Source: Kiritimatiellia bacterium (GTDB lineage: Bacteria > Verrucomicrobiota > Kiritimatiellia > CAIKKV01). Taken from it: DNA of 50,143 nt. A program made the translations under genes and the position numbers. Of the stretch, positions 18,398 through 28,006 are shown piece after piece. Below the pieces are notes generated by a model. That model saw nothing but the letters and a program-made list of their open reading frames with translations, searched no databases and was not told the origin of the DNA. How positions within the stretch are numbered: the stretch's first letter is position 1; every line of letters begins with the position of its first letter. The stretch spans positions 1 through 50,143 of the forward strand of contig JBIIYJ010000004.1 of the NCBI GenBank assembly GCA_044346855.1, in the 5' to 3' direction.

Positions 18398-19480
18398 ATG
18401 AACAAGGTCCTTACCCCCTTCATTGAACGAAACGAACTGGCTGGAGCCGTTACCCTTGTCGCCCGCGGCCAGGACATTCTTGAACTCGACGCCTGCGGTT
18501 ACTCGGATGTTGCGGCCAGGTCGCCCATGCTGCCGGACACGCTATTCTGGATCGCCTCGCAGACCAAGCCGATGACGGCGGCCGCCTTCATGATGCTGGT
18601 CGATGAGGGCAAGGCCCGGATCGAGGATCCGGTCGAAGCCTACCTGCCTGAATTCAAGGAAATCCGGGTTGCTGAAAACCGGGAAGACGGGGCAATCCTG
18701 CTGCGCAAGCCTAAAACGACGGTGACGCTGCGCCATCTGCTCAGCCATACCAGCGGCCTGCCATTCCGCTCGTTCATCGAAGAGCCCCATCGCGACGTCG
18801 TTCCCCTGCCCTATTCGGTCCGGAGTTACGCCATGACACCGCTGGAGTTCGAGCCGGGCACGCGCTACCAGTATTCGAACGCCGGCATCAACACCATCGG
18901 CCGGGTCATCGAGCGGCTCTCGGGCCAGGCCTACGAAACGTTCCTGGCAAACCGCCTGCTGGAGCCGCTCGGGATGACCGACACGGTCTTCCGGCCGAGC
19001 CAAAAGCAGCTGGCTCGGCTGGCCAGGGCCTACACGCCGGGGCCGGACGGAAAAGGGCTGGTCGAAACGACGATGACCCAGTATTCGCAGCCCTTCAGCG
19101 ACCCGAAACGGCAGGCGGTTCCGGGCGGGGGTCTTTTTTCCACGGCCCGGGACGTCAGCCTGTTCTGCCGGATGATGCTCAACCGGGGGGAATGGGGCGG
19201 GCGGCGGTACCTTTCTGAGCAATCCGTCGACGCGATGACCCGCAAACAGACGGGGGATTCCGTGTCAGCGGGTTACGGGTTGGGCTGCGAGACGGACGGC
19301 GAGTCCTTCGGTCACGGCGGGGCCTTTGGCACCACCATGAGGATCGAGCCCGGTCGGAATCTCGTGCTGATCTTCCTGGTTCAGCATTCCGGGTTCCCCG
19401 GCAAGGGAGCCGACTGCCGGCAGGCTTTCCTGAAGGATGCCCGCGCCCGGTTTAGCCCCGGTGAGGGCGCCCTCGTTTAG
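18398..19480 (+). CDS. Serine hydrolase, beta-lactamase class C-like family
   Basis: SxxK motif (IASQTKPM), LLSHTSGL, YQYSN, GGGLFSTARD, FGHGGA. Confidence 0.88.
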   Translation: MNKVLTPFIERNELAGAVTLVARGQDILELDACGYSDVAARSPMLPDTLFWIASQTKPMTAAAFMMLVDEGKARIEDPVEAYLPEFKEIRVAENREDGAILLRKPKTTVTLRHLLSHTSGLPFRSFIEEPHRDVVPLPYSVRSYAMTPLEFEPGTRYQYSNAGINTIGRVIERLSGQAYETFLANRLLEPLGMTDTVFRPSQKQLARLARAYTPGPDGKGLVETTMTQYSQPFSDPKRQAVPGGGLFSTARDVSLFCRMMLNRGEWGGRRYLSEQSVDAMTRKQTGDSVSAGYGLGCETDGESFGHGGAFGTTMRIEPGRNLVLIFLVQHSGFPGKGADCRQAFLKDARARFSPGEGALV

Positions 19481-19502
19481 TCATTTTTCTAACCCTGTAA
19501 GA

Positions 19503-19531
19503 TTGACTAACCCGCGCCCGCGTAGCATAAT
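19503..19531 (+). promoter_or_regulatory. Sigma70-type promoter, probably leaderless
   Basis: TTGACT-17-CATAAT, 8 nt before ATG 19540; no SD. Confidence 0.6.
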
Positions 19532-19539
19532 TGTACTCT

Positions 19540-20301
19540 ATGAATATTCCGCTTTTAGTCGGCCCTCTTCCCCTGGCGAGTGTCGCAAGCCTGACCATCT
19601 CCTTCAACCAGTCCGACGGGTTCGGAAAAGCCGTCATTTACATCCTCATCGTCATGTCCATCGTGGCCTGGTCGATCATGATTTCAAAATGGATGGAGAT
19701 GAAAAAGACCCTGCTTTTAACCACTCAGTTCAAGGACGCGTACGCCCAGCAGGATCATCCGTTCGCTCTGTTTTCGGCCAAAAAACGGTTCATGGCGAAC
19801 CCGGTTTACCTCATCTATCTGGCCGCCGCCAAGGAAGCGGCCTACATCAGTTCGGACTCGGCCTCCACGTCGTCCTACGCCGGCTCATCGCCGGCGGACA
19901 TCGGGCGCTTCCGTTTCAACGCCTCCCAGATGGACATCATCCGGCGGTCGGCCGACCGCACCTCCTCGGATCAGGCCCTGATGTTGGAGGACAAGATGCC
20001 GCTCCTGGCCATCTCCATCACGGCCGCCCCTTTCCTCGGCCTCCTGGGCACGGTCTGGGGGGTTCTGGATGCGTTCGTCAACATGGCCCATCACCTGGGC
20101 GGCGACATGCTGAGCGCCGTCGCCCCGGGCATTTCCGGCGCCCTTCTTACCACCGTCGTGGGACTGCTGGTGGCGCTTCCCTCGGCCATCGGGTACAACC
20201 TGATCGTGACCGACATCAAGCGGATCTGCGTTTACATGGACTCGTTCTCGGATGAACTCATGGCGGACCTCCAGTCCGCCTGCTCGCAACGGGAAGGATA
20301 A
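19540..20301 (+). CDS. MotA/TolQ/ExbB proton channel protein
   Basis: AAPFLGLLGTVWGV, VAPGISGALLTTVVGLLVALPS. Confidence 0.92.
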   Translation: MNIPLLVGPLPLASVASLTISFNQSDGFGKAVIYILIVMSIVAWSIMISKWMEMKKTLLLTTQFKDAYAQQDHPFALFSAKKRFMANPVYLIYLAAAKEAAYISSDSASTSSYAGSSPADIGRFRFNASQMDIIRRSADRTSSDQALMLEDKMPLLAISITAAPFLGLLGTVWGVLDAFVNMAHHLGGDMLSAVAPGISGALLTTVVGLLVALPSAIGYNLIVTDIKRICVYMDSFSDELMADLQSACSQREG

Positions 20302-20304
20302 GGT

Positions 20305-20712
20305 ATGGCTCGCAAAGCCGCCACGCGAACGCTCGGCCAGCTCAGCGAAATCAACATGACGCCGCTGATGGACCTGACCTTCCTGCTGCTCATCACGTTC
20401 ATCATTACGTTCCCTTTAGTGGAACAAGGCATCCCGGTCAACCTGCCTCGCGGCACGGCCCAGGCGCTCCCGGAAAAGCAAACGGCCATGCTCTCCCTTA
20501 ACAACAAGGGGGAGGTCTATCTCGACAAGAAAATCGTCCCGAAGGGGAACCTGGCCGCGCAACTCTCCGCCCTGAAGGGGAAGAACGCCGACCTGACCGT
20601 GATGGTGCGGGCCGATGAGAAGCTCGACTACGGCAAGGTGATCGAGGTGCTCAAGGTCCTTCACGACTGCAAAATAACCAAAATGGCCCTTGTCACCAAG
20701 GGGTCGGATTAA
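20305..20712 (+). CDS. ExbD/TolR family protein
   Basis: EINMTPLMDLTFLLLITFIIT, VNLP, VRAD. Confidence 0.92.
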   Translation: MARKAATRTLGQLSEINMTPLMDLTFLLLITFIITFPLVEQGIPVNLPRGTAQALPEKQTAMLSLNNKGEVYLDKKIVPKGNLAAQLSALKGKNADLTVMVRADEKLDYGKVIEVLKVLHDCKITKMALVTKGSD

Positions 20713-21548
20713 TGTCGGCCGCCCCTCCATTCCGGTTCACCATCGGCGCCGTGACGATCGCGCACACGGCGGCGATCGCGCTGCTGCTCGTGGCGGGAGC
20801 CAACAGCTGCGCCCACCGTAAGCCGCCACCGGAAATGTTGCCGGTGGAGATCCTCGTCGCCGTGGACGACGGGCCGGAGGTTCACGAGCCGATCAAGCCC
20901 GACAATCCCCCGCCCCCGCCCGTCGTCAAACCCCCGCCGCCCAAACCGGAACCGGAACCAGAGCCAGAGCCCGAACCGGCGGTTGTGGTGCCGGAAGTGA
21001 TTAAAAAGCCGGTCAAGAAACCTCCGGAACCCGTCAAAAATCCGCCCGAGCCCGTCAAGAAGCCGCCCGAACCGGTCAAGAAACCGGCTGTGGTGAAGAA
21101 ACCGGCCGAGCCGACGAAAAAGCCCATTGAGCTGGGACGCCGGATCACGGCGCCAAACAACAACCCCCCGGACCCCAACCGGAAGCGCCTTTCGGACGAG
21201 GAGATCGCGCGCCGCCTGGCCCTGGGTGCCACGCCGTCCAACCGCGACCTGATGCCCGAAGGGGACGCGCTGGATTTCGAAGTCATCCGCCGCCGTCTTT
21301 ACAAGGCCTGGGCCCAGCCCGGCTCCGCTTCCTCCCGGATATCGGCCGAAGTGGAGATCCGCCTAAACAACACCGGCACGATCATCAGCCGCCGGCTCCT
21401 GCGCCCCTCGGGGAATCCCGTCATGGACAAGTCCGTCATGGAGGCGGTGCAATCCGTTTTCAGGATCGACGGACTGAACCCGGGGTTTGTCGACCGCAAA
21501 GGCGGCCGCGTCACGATCACCTTCGAGGTGAACGCCGGCGCGGCATGA
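20712..21548 (+). CDS. TonB/TolA-type energy transducer
   Basis: N-terminal TM helix with His, Pro/Lys/Glu-rich linker, C-terminal RPSGNPVMDKSVMEAV. Confidence 0.85.
   Translation: MSAAPPFRFTIGAVTIAHTAAIALLLVAGANSCAHRKPPPEMLPVEILVAVDDGPEVHEPIKPDNPPPPPVVKPPPPKPEPEPEPEPEPAVVVPEVIKKPVKKPPEPVKNPPEPVKKPPEPVKKPAVVKKPAEPTKKPIELGRRITAPNNNPPDPNRKRLSDEEIARRLALGATPSNRDLMPEGDALDFEVIRRRLYKAWAQPGSASSRISAEVEIRLNNTGTIISRRLLRPSGNPVMDKSVMEAVQSVFRIDGLNPGFVDRKGGRVTITFEVNAGAA
20906..21125 (+). repeat. Coding low-complexity repeats (poly-Pro, PE, KKPPEPV) in the TonB/TolA linker
   Basis: PPPPPVVKPPPPKPEPEPEPEPEP..KKPPEPVKNPPEPVKKPPEPVKKP. Confidence 0.75.
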
Positions 21549-21613
21549 GCCTGCTTTCGGCCGTTTCCGGGTCAGGCGAATAACACCCGTCGGGCAGAAG
21601 GCCTGTTATCCGC

Positions 21614-24067
21614 TCAGGTCGCGTCCGGCTCGGTTGCCGCCTTGGGCTTGATGGTCCAGGTCGAGAGGAAATAGACCGCCAGCATGGCCTCGAGCTGGTC
21701 AGGCGCCGTACCCTGCCGCAGCAGGTCCAGGTACCAGGTCCCAACCCCGAACCGCTGGTCGTGCCAGATCAGCACCTCCACGAACACCTCCGCGTCACCC
21801 CCGTACTGGATGCCGTATTTGAGGGCCGAGAGGGCGATGGCCAGGTCGAGCGACTGGGACACGCAGGGCCCATACTCGCGCAGGAGATAGGCCGACTCCA
21901 GCTGCTCGAGCCGGGTGATAATGTTCAGGCCGGAGGGGGTCAGCTTTTCCCGCGTGGATTCCCGCACCTCCTCCTTGACCCGGGCGAGGAACTTGCCGAT
22001 CATCTCGCCATAGGCGTGCTGCTCGGAGTGAAGGACGCGATAGAATTCGCCCGGGGTCCCCAGCAGGTCCCCGACGGCGCAGCCCATGGACCGCTTCAGG
22101 ACGCCGTTGGTCGTTTCACGCATGCGCGGCAGGATCTTGAAGATGGCGTCCATTTCGCCGAGGCGGGCCAGCGCTTCGCTGGAGGCGGAGATGACCTTTT
22201 CCGAGCGGCTGGCGTAGAGAAGGTCGAGCAGCGTTTGGACGGCCCGCTTGTCCCCGATCATGCCCAGGGTGCGAGCCGACTCCGCCTGGATGGCGGGATC
22301 CTCGTCGTTCAACTTCCGTATCAGGGCGGAGACGGTCCGGGGGTCTTTCGACTTGCGCAGCGCCTTGGCAATTTCGGGGGCCATGACGGTATCGGTGTCT
22401 TCAAGCTTGGCCAGGAGCCCCTCGATGGCCTCCGGGCTGCCGATCCGGCCCAGGGCCCTGGCCGCCTCCTCGCGCACGTCGGCGTCAGGGTCGTCCAGCT
22501 GGCTGATCAGGTCGGAAACGGCGATGGCTGTTCTCGAATCCCCGAGCTCCCGGATCGCCCGGGCTTTCCGGACCGGCTCCGGGGAGGATTGCAGGACGTG
22601 CAAGTTGAACATATTCGTGACCATGCGCATGGGGTTGCCCGTGACGAGCCCCATGATGACGTTGCGGAACGATACACCGCCGGTCGGATCCTGGAGGCGC
22701 AGGTGGAGCGGGACCAGAACCAGCCAGGTGATGCCGAGCTGGAGGACGATGAGTATATGGAAATAGCTGACGGGATCGCCCAGCGGCAGCGAGAACGGCG
22801 CGGGGTTCGCCAGGAAAAACTCGCGGTACGTGTCGGTGAGATAGCCGCCCAGGAACGAGCCCGAGGCGGCCATCACGCTGATGCCCCCCTGGTAGAGGGC
22901 GATGGCCAGGGTGCGGTGCTCCTCGGGGGCCTTGGAGGTGGCCAGCGTGGTGTGACAGGTGCCGATGAGGGCGCCGCAGATGCTGCACGGCACGTTTACC
23001 AGGATCAGGAGGAAAATGCTCTGGGGCATCGAGAACGTGCCGACAAAGGGCAGCCAGAACGTCAGATCGCCGTCCCTCATGAAAAACCAGACCAGGACCA
23101 TGAACCCGAAGATGATCATGGCGACTGCGGAAAGGGTCCGGGGCCCGATCCGGTCCACCACCACCCGGGCGATGAAGGCGCCCAGGATGCCACCCACGCC
23201 GGCGGCAACGGTGGCGTAGGAAAGATGGCTGTAGGTGACGTGGTAGGCCTCCTTCATGAAAATGGAGCCGAAGGGGGCGGCGATGTAGATGGCGAAATTC
23301 CAAAGCCCCACGCACATCATGACCCGCATGAACTCCCGGTCCTTCAACGGGGCCAGCAGAGCGCTAAACGCGGGTTTTTCCATGTGGCGCTTCGGAACCG
23401 GCTCAAGGACGTGGTTGTGGACGAAGACGTCGGAGATGCCCGCGACCACGGCGATGACAAAGACGATGATGAACCCCATCAGTCCCATCAATGACAGGTC
23501 CGTGGGGAAGCGGTCCATGATCCAGCCGTAGACAAACACAGCCACCAGCATGGAGCCGTAGACGAAGGCGTTGCGCATGGCCCAGAAGCGGCCGCGCAGG
23601 TGGTCGGGCAGGAAATCCGACATCCAGCTCAGCCAGGGCGCGCTCCCCATGCTGGCGAACACGGAACTGATGCCCAGGGCGACGATGATCAGCACCGGCA
23701 GATGGGGAACCAGTCCGGGAAAGACCGTGCCGGCGAGCAGCAGCAGGATGGGAATGACGATCCAGAGCGCCCGGTGGATCAGGATATTCCAGAACCACAT
23801 CGACTTGCGCTGGGGCAGCCGCTCGGTCATCAGGGCGCTGAAAACCTGGAAGGCCCCGGCCATGAGCGCCACGGTGGAGAGCAGCCCGACCAGCTTGCCG
23901 CTGGCGTGGAGGCGCTCCATGAGCATGGACAGCGGCATGCCGCCGGCCGTCGCAAAGATCATGGCCCCGACAATAGCGATATTGCTCAGGGACATGCCCG
24001 TTCGCAGATCGCGCTCGGTTATGACTTTGCCGGTTGTTGAGATCCGGGCGTCTTTAGGGCTCGACAT
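21614..24067 (-). CDS. MFS transporter fused to C-terminal HEAT (PBS-lyase-like) repeats
   Basis: About 12 TM segments then LISQLDDPDADVREEAARALGRIG, LIRKLNDEDPAIQAESARTLGMIGD repeats. Confidence 0.85.
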   Translation of the reverse strand: MSSPKDARISTTGKVITERDLRTGMSLSNIAIVGAMIFATAGGMPLSMLMERLHASGKLVGLLSTVALMAGAFQVFSALMTERLPQRKSMWFWNILIHRALWIVIPILLLLAGTVFPGLVPHLPVLIIVALGISSVFASMGSAPWLSWMSDFLPDHLRGRFWAMRNAFVYGSMLVAVFVYGWIMDRFPTDLSLMGLMGFIIVFVIAVVAGISDVFVHNHVLEPVPKRHMEKPAFSALLAPLKDREFMRVMMCVGLWNFAIYIAAPFGSIFMKEAYHVTYSHLSYATVAAGVGGILGAFIARVVVDRIGPRTLSAVAMIIFGFMVLVWFFMRDGDLTFWLPFVGTFSMPQSIFLLILVNVPCSICGALIGTCHTTLATSKAPEEHRTLAIALYQGGISVMAASGSFLGGYLTDTYREFFLANPAPFSLPLGDPVSYFHILIVLQLGITWLVLVPLHLRLQDPTGGVSFRNVIMGLVTGNPMRMVTNMFNLHVLQSSPEPVRKARAIRELGDSRTAIAVSDLISQLDDPDADVREEAARALGRIGSPEAIEGLLAKLEDTDTVMAPEIAKALRKSKDPRTVSALIRKLNDEDPAIQAESARTLGMIGDKRAVQTLLDLLYASRSEKVISASSEALARLGEMDAIFKILPRMRETTNGVLKRSMGCAVGDLLGTPGEFYRVLHSEQHAYGEMIGKFLARVKEEVRESTREKLTPSGLNIITRLEQLESAYLLREYGPCVSQSLDLAIALSALKYGIQYGGDAEVFVEVLIWHDQRFGVGTWYLDLLRQGTAPDQLEAMLAVYFLSTWTIKPKAATEPDAT

Positions 24068-24089
24068 GGAATGACGGGAAGACCGGGCG

Positions 24090-25187
24090 TCAGCGGATGA
24101 CGCGGGCACCCTTGCCCTTCATGACGGCTTCCACTTCCTTCAAAGTGACCATGCTGGTGTCGCCGGGCGTGGTCATGGCCAAGGCTCCGTGCGCCGCCCC
24201 GTACTGGACCGCCTCCTCGGCTCCCTTGCCGGCGAGCAGCGCGTAGATGAGACCGGAGGCGAAGCTGTCGCCCCCGCCCACCCGGTCGTAGATCTCGAGG
24301 TTTTCCCGCATCACGGACTGGTGGAACTGGCCGTCCGCGTAGACGATCGCCGCCCAGTCGTTCAGCGTGGCGGTCTTGGCGTTCCGCAGCGTGGTGGCCA
24401 CCACCTTGAAGTTGGGGAACATCTTGGTGGCCTCTCCGATCATCTTCTTGAAGTTGGACGGGTCGAGGTTCGAGATGTGGGCGTCCATGCCGGGAACCTC
24501 GAAGCCCAGGGCGGCCGTGAAGTCCTCCTCGTTGCCGATCATCACATCAACCAGAGGCGCGATGCGGCGGTTGACCTCCACGGCGCGGGCGGCGCCGCCC
24601 TGGGACTTCCAGAGCGAGGCGCGGAAATTGAGGTCGAACGAGACGATGGTCCCGCTCTCCTTGGCGGCCTGCATGGCCTCGATGGTGGCTTCGGCCGTGG
24701 TGGCGGAAAGGGCCGCGAAGATGCCGCCGCAATGGAGCCAGCGGACGCCTTCCTCCTTGAACAGCTTCTTCCAGTCGAAATCGCCGGGTTTGATCTGGGA
24801 GGCGGCGGAGTGTCCGCGGTCCGAGCAGCCGACCGCCGCCCGAAGGCCGAAACCCTTTTCGGTGAAGTTGAGGCCGACCCGCGACGCGCGGCCGATGCCG
24901 TCGAACGGAACCCACTTCACGTGGCTCAGGTCAACGCCGCCCTGGAGCATGAGATCCTCGAGCAGGTGACCCACATCGCTGTCCACGATGGCCGTGGCCA
25001 CGGTCCCCGTGAGACCGAAGCAGCGGCGGAGCCCGCGGACGACGTTATATTCGCCCCCGCCCTCCCAGACGCGGAATTCACGGGCGGTGCGGATGCGGCC
25101 GTCGCCGGGATCCAGACGGAGCATCACTTCGCCAAGCGCGGCGGAATCCCACTTGCACTGGCTTTTCGGCTTGATTGTCAGGGCCAT
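24090..25187 (-). CDS. kdgK: 2-dehydro-3-deoxygluconokinase, PfkB family
   Basis: GEVMLRLDP, GGGEYNV, SFDLNFRASLW, DRVGGGDSFASG; adjacent to eda. Confidence 0.85.
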   Translation of the reverse strand: MALTIKPKSQCKWDSAALGEVMLRLDPGDGRIRTAREFRVWEGGGEYNVVRGLRRCFGLTGTVATAIVDSDVGHLLEDLMLQGGVDLSHVKWVPFDGIGRASRVGLNFTEKGFGLRAAVGCSDRGHSAASQIKPGDFDWKKLFKEEGVRWLHCGGIFAALSATTAEATIEAMQAAKESGTIVSFDLNFRASLWKSQGGAARAVEVNRRIAPLVDVMIGNEEDFTAALGFEVPGMDAHISNLDPSNFKKMIGEATKMFPNFKVVATTLRNAKTATLNDWAAIVYADGQFHQSVMRENLEIYDRVGGGDSFASGLIYALLAGKGAEEAVQYGAAHGALAMTTPGDTSMVTLKEVEAVMKGKGARVIR

Positions 25188-25188
25188 G

Positions 25189-25866
25189 TTATTTTCCTCC
25201 CCGGATCTGGGCGATCAGGGCCATGGTTTCGGAAATGCGGGCGGCCATGCCTTTGTAGTCGGCCGCCTTCAGAAGTTCCTTGGTGATCAGGTTGGAGCCC
25301 ATGCCCACGCAGGCCACGCCGGCGCCGAACCATTCCTTGAGGGAGGCGGCCGTGGCCTCCACCCCGCCGGTCGGCATGATCGACGTCCAGGGGCAGGGCC
25401 CCAGCACGGACTTGACGAAGGTCGGGCCGCCGACGGATTCGCCGGGGAAGACCTTGACGATCTCGCAACCCAGCTCTTCGGCCTGGGAAATCTCCGAGGC
25501 GCTGCCGCAACCGGGCGCATAGGCGACCTTGCGACGGTTGCACGCCCGGGCCACGTCGGGGTTCAGGATCGGCCCCACCACGAAGGCGGCGCCGCAATTG
25601 ATATAAAGGGACGCCGTCCCGGGATCGACCACGGAGCCCACACCCAGCACCAGTTGCGGATACGCCTTGGCGCAGTGCTTTTCGAGGGCCGAAAAGACTT
25701 CCCAGGCATGATCGCCGCGATTGGTGAATTCCAGGATGGGACAGCCGCCCTCGGCGCACGCGCCGGCAACCGCCTTGGCCACCTCGAGATCGGGGCTGTA
25801 AAAGACCGGCACCAGGCCGGTTTTCGTCATCGTCGTCAACACCTGAAGCCGCTTGAAACGCGCCAT
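25189..25866 (-). CDS. eda: KDPG/KHG aldolase
   Basis: LEFTNRG, LGVGSVVDPGTA, PGCGSASEI, VKVFPG, IMPTGGV. Confidence 0.92.
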   Translation of the reverse strand: MARFKRLQVLTTMTKTGLVPVFYSPDLEVAKAVAGACAEGGCPILEFTNRGDHAWEVFSALEKHCAKAYPQLVLGVGSVVDPGTASLYINCGAAFVVGPILNPDVARACNRRKVAYAPGCGSASEISQAEELGCEIVKVFPGESVGGPTFVKSVLGPCPWTSIMPTGGVEATAASLKEWFGAGVACVGMGSNLITKELLKAADYKGMAARISETMALIAQIRGGK

Positions 25867-25878
25867 GGTCCTGTCTCC

Positions 25879-26532
25879 TTAAAGGGTCAGCGTGGAAATG
25901 TGCCCCAGGAGCAGCGCCTGGGCCTCGGCCACCTGCTTGTTTTTCAGCAAATCGACAACCTGGCGGTATATCGGTCCGCATTTGCAGGTGAATTTCTTCT
26001 TGGTCTTCTCCTGGAACAGTCGGAGATACTGGATGACCGTGGTGCCGAAAAAGGCCACGCCCGTGCTGCCGCAAACCAGGAGCAACTTGCGGATGAAATC
26101 GATCTCGCCGGTGGAGAGAACGCCTTCCGCATCGGCCTTCGAGGCCAATGTGCTCAATTCAGGAAATTCCGACGCCGGGATCGTGGTACCGGCCATGGAC
26201 AGGGCGCCCGCGATCATGATCGACCACGTCCGCATGATCGTGGCCGGCTCCATGGACCCCAGCATCCAGTTGAACGTCACGATCTCGGAGAGCCGGTCGT
26301 TGTCCATCAGGCCCACGGTCAGTCCGCGCCGCGGAGCCGCCCGGATGATGCCGAGGTAGCCGAGCGATTTGGTCGCTTCGCGAACGACAACGCGGCTCAC
26401 CCCGAACATCTCGGCAAACTGCTGCTCGGTCGGAAGCCGATCGCCCGTTTTCATCCCCTGGTCCAGAATGTAATCACGAATGCGCGAAGCCACCAATTCG
26501 CCCAACGTCTTTTTGGTCACCGCTAAAGACAT
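25879..26532 (-). CDS. GntR (FadR-like) transcriptional regulator
   Basis: GDRLPTEQQFAEMFGVSRVVVREA winged HTH. Confidence 0.88.
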   Translation of the reverse strand: MSLAVTKKTLGELVASRIRDYILDQGMKTGDRLPTEQQFAEMFGVSRVVVREATKSLGYLGIIRAAPRRGLTVGLMDNDRLSEIVTFNWMLGSMEPATIMRTWSIMIAGALSMAGTTIPASEFPELSTLASKADAEGVLSTGEIDFIRKLLLVCGSTGVAFFGTTVIQYLRLFQEKTKKKFTCKCGPIYRQVVDLLKNKQVAEAQALLLGHISTLTL

Positions 26533-26681
26533 ATTATTACCCTTGCTAGTTGATATGAAAAAACGGACTTCATGATGGTGCTATAGTTAGTTTATTTCAA
26601 GTGTTTTCTAAATATAAATGCCGAAACGAGTTTCTACAATGTGCGCAAACCATTGCCTTAAAACTTGTTAAGCCTAAAATA

Positions 26682-27884
26682 TCAACCTAGGCTTTCAAGA
26701 AAACCGGGCGGAAGGCGGGCGGCGAATACCTGAGCAGGCCCGTTTCCGGGGGTTGCGTTATAGATGGCATAGCGATTGTCGGTCGTCAGGTAAGGATGGG
26801 TATGGGTGCACTGGTTGCCGCCTCCGATCGCCATCGTCTCCTTCACAAGGATGCGGATCTTGCCGCTTACCAGGCTTCCGACGATCAGGGCGGGCGTCTG
26901 CAGATGGCCGTTCATGAAGAGGCCGGGCCCGTTGTGGGAATCCGCGATGAAGTAGCGGCCGCAGCGGGAAACGGAGACGTGATTGCAGAAATGCTCGGGA
27001 GCCTCGATGCAGACCGGTTTTTCATCTCCCGGCCGGGCCGTGAAGAGGTTCCCCCGCGGATACCGGGCGTCATGCTTCTGACGATACGAGTCGGGCCGGT
27101 CGCAGCCGACAGAGAAGAACACCTTGCCCGTGTCCGCGATGAAACATTCGTGGCCCGTGCAGGTGGCCGTGACGGGCGGCCCCACCGGCACCGGAGTCAT
27201 GTTGCCTCCGTCGCTATCGATCACGAACAGCGTTGTGCCTGCCGCGCCGCCGGACCGGTTGATGCTGCCGTCCTCGTTGAGCCGCCAGCCGCGGTTGTTC
27301 TGCACCAGGATCTGCCGGCCATGGATGGGATTGTACTGAAGATGGGGGTTGGCGATTTCAGGATGCTCGAAGATGACGCTCCTGACCTTCTTGACCAGGT
27401 CGAGGTGGAAGATCTGGAAAACCGGCCCGCCCGGCCCCTTCAGCCGGGTGGTCATGCCCAGCACGTACCGCTGGTCCGGGGAGACGGAGCTCGCCGCGAG
27501 CGGGGCGGCCGGATCCTCCTCGGCATAGACCTCCTCCTGCTCGAGCGTTTCCAGGGAGAGCCGCACGAGTTTACGGTCCGGGGTCCAATAATAGAGCAGC
27601 CCGCTCCACGCGTTGTTGAAAACACCCCGGACGCCCCTCGCCTTCCGCACCGCCATGGTGATCCGCAGCGAATCCAGCTCGTGGACGAGCAGCGAACCTT
27701 CCTCGTCGAAACAGAAGTCCTGCGACCGGGCGATGATGATCCGCTTCCCGTCGGCGGAGCAATAGGGCTGCTCGCCATAGATGTTGTTGCTGATCGCGGC
27801 CGCGCTGGTCAGCTGGATGATGCGCGCCCCGCTGACCGGATCGTCATATAAATCGCAGGACTCATGGGCCCATTGAATCGGCAT
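26682..27884 (-). CDS. Oligogalacturonate lyase-like beta-propeller protein
   Basis: DPVSGARIIQLT, NPHLQYNP, GHECF, THTHPYLTTD; upstream of the KDG genes; AAGGAG RBS. Confidence 0.65.
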   Translation of the reverse strand: MPIQWAHESCDLYDDPVSGARIIQLTSAAAISNNIYGEQPYCSADGKRIIIARSQDFCFDEEGSLLVHELDSLRITMAVRKARGVRGVFNNAWSGLLYYWTPDRKLVRLSLETLEQEEVYAEEDPAAPLAASSVSPDQRYVLGMTTRLKGPGGPVFQIFHLDLVKKVRSVIFEHPEIANPHLQYNPIHGRQILVQNNRGWRLNEDGSINRSGGAAGTTLFVIDSDGGNMTPVPVGPPVTATCTGHECFIADTGKVFFSVGCDRPDSYRQKHDARYPRGNLFTARPGDEKPVCIEAPEHFCNHVSVSRCGRYFIADSHNGPGLFMNGHLQTPALIVGSLVSGKIRILVKETMAIGGGNQCTHTHPYLTTDNRYAIYNATPGNGPAQVFAARLPPGFLESLG

Positions 27885-28006
27885 GGGAAAACTCCTTGTA
27901 AGCCGGCAGTATAAGAAGTCGCTCCGCGGAAGAAAAGCTTCAAAGCGGATTTGGCTGTGGGATGCATCTCAGTTTAGTCGGGATTATGCCAGCCTGTCGC
28001 GAAGCC

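Noticed and set aside
18398-19480. Beta-lactam resistance gene
   Set aside because: The SxxK family includes many esterases and peptidases; no signal peptide seen and resistance cannot be inferred.
20906-21125. Periodic DNA repeats suggesting a CRISPR array or VNTR
   Set aside because: In-frame Pro/Lys linker of TonB/TolA with synonymous variation and no spacers.
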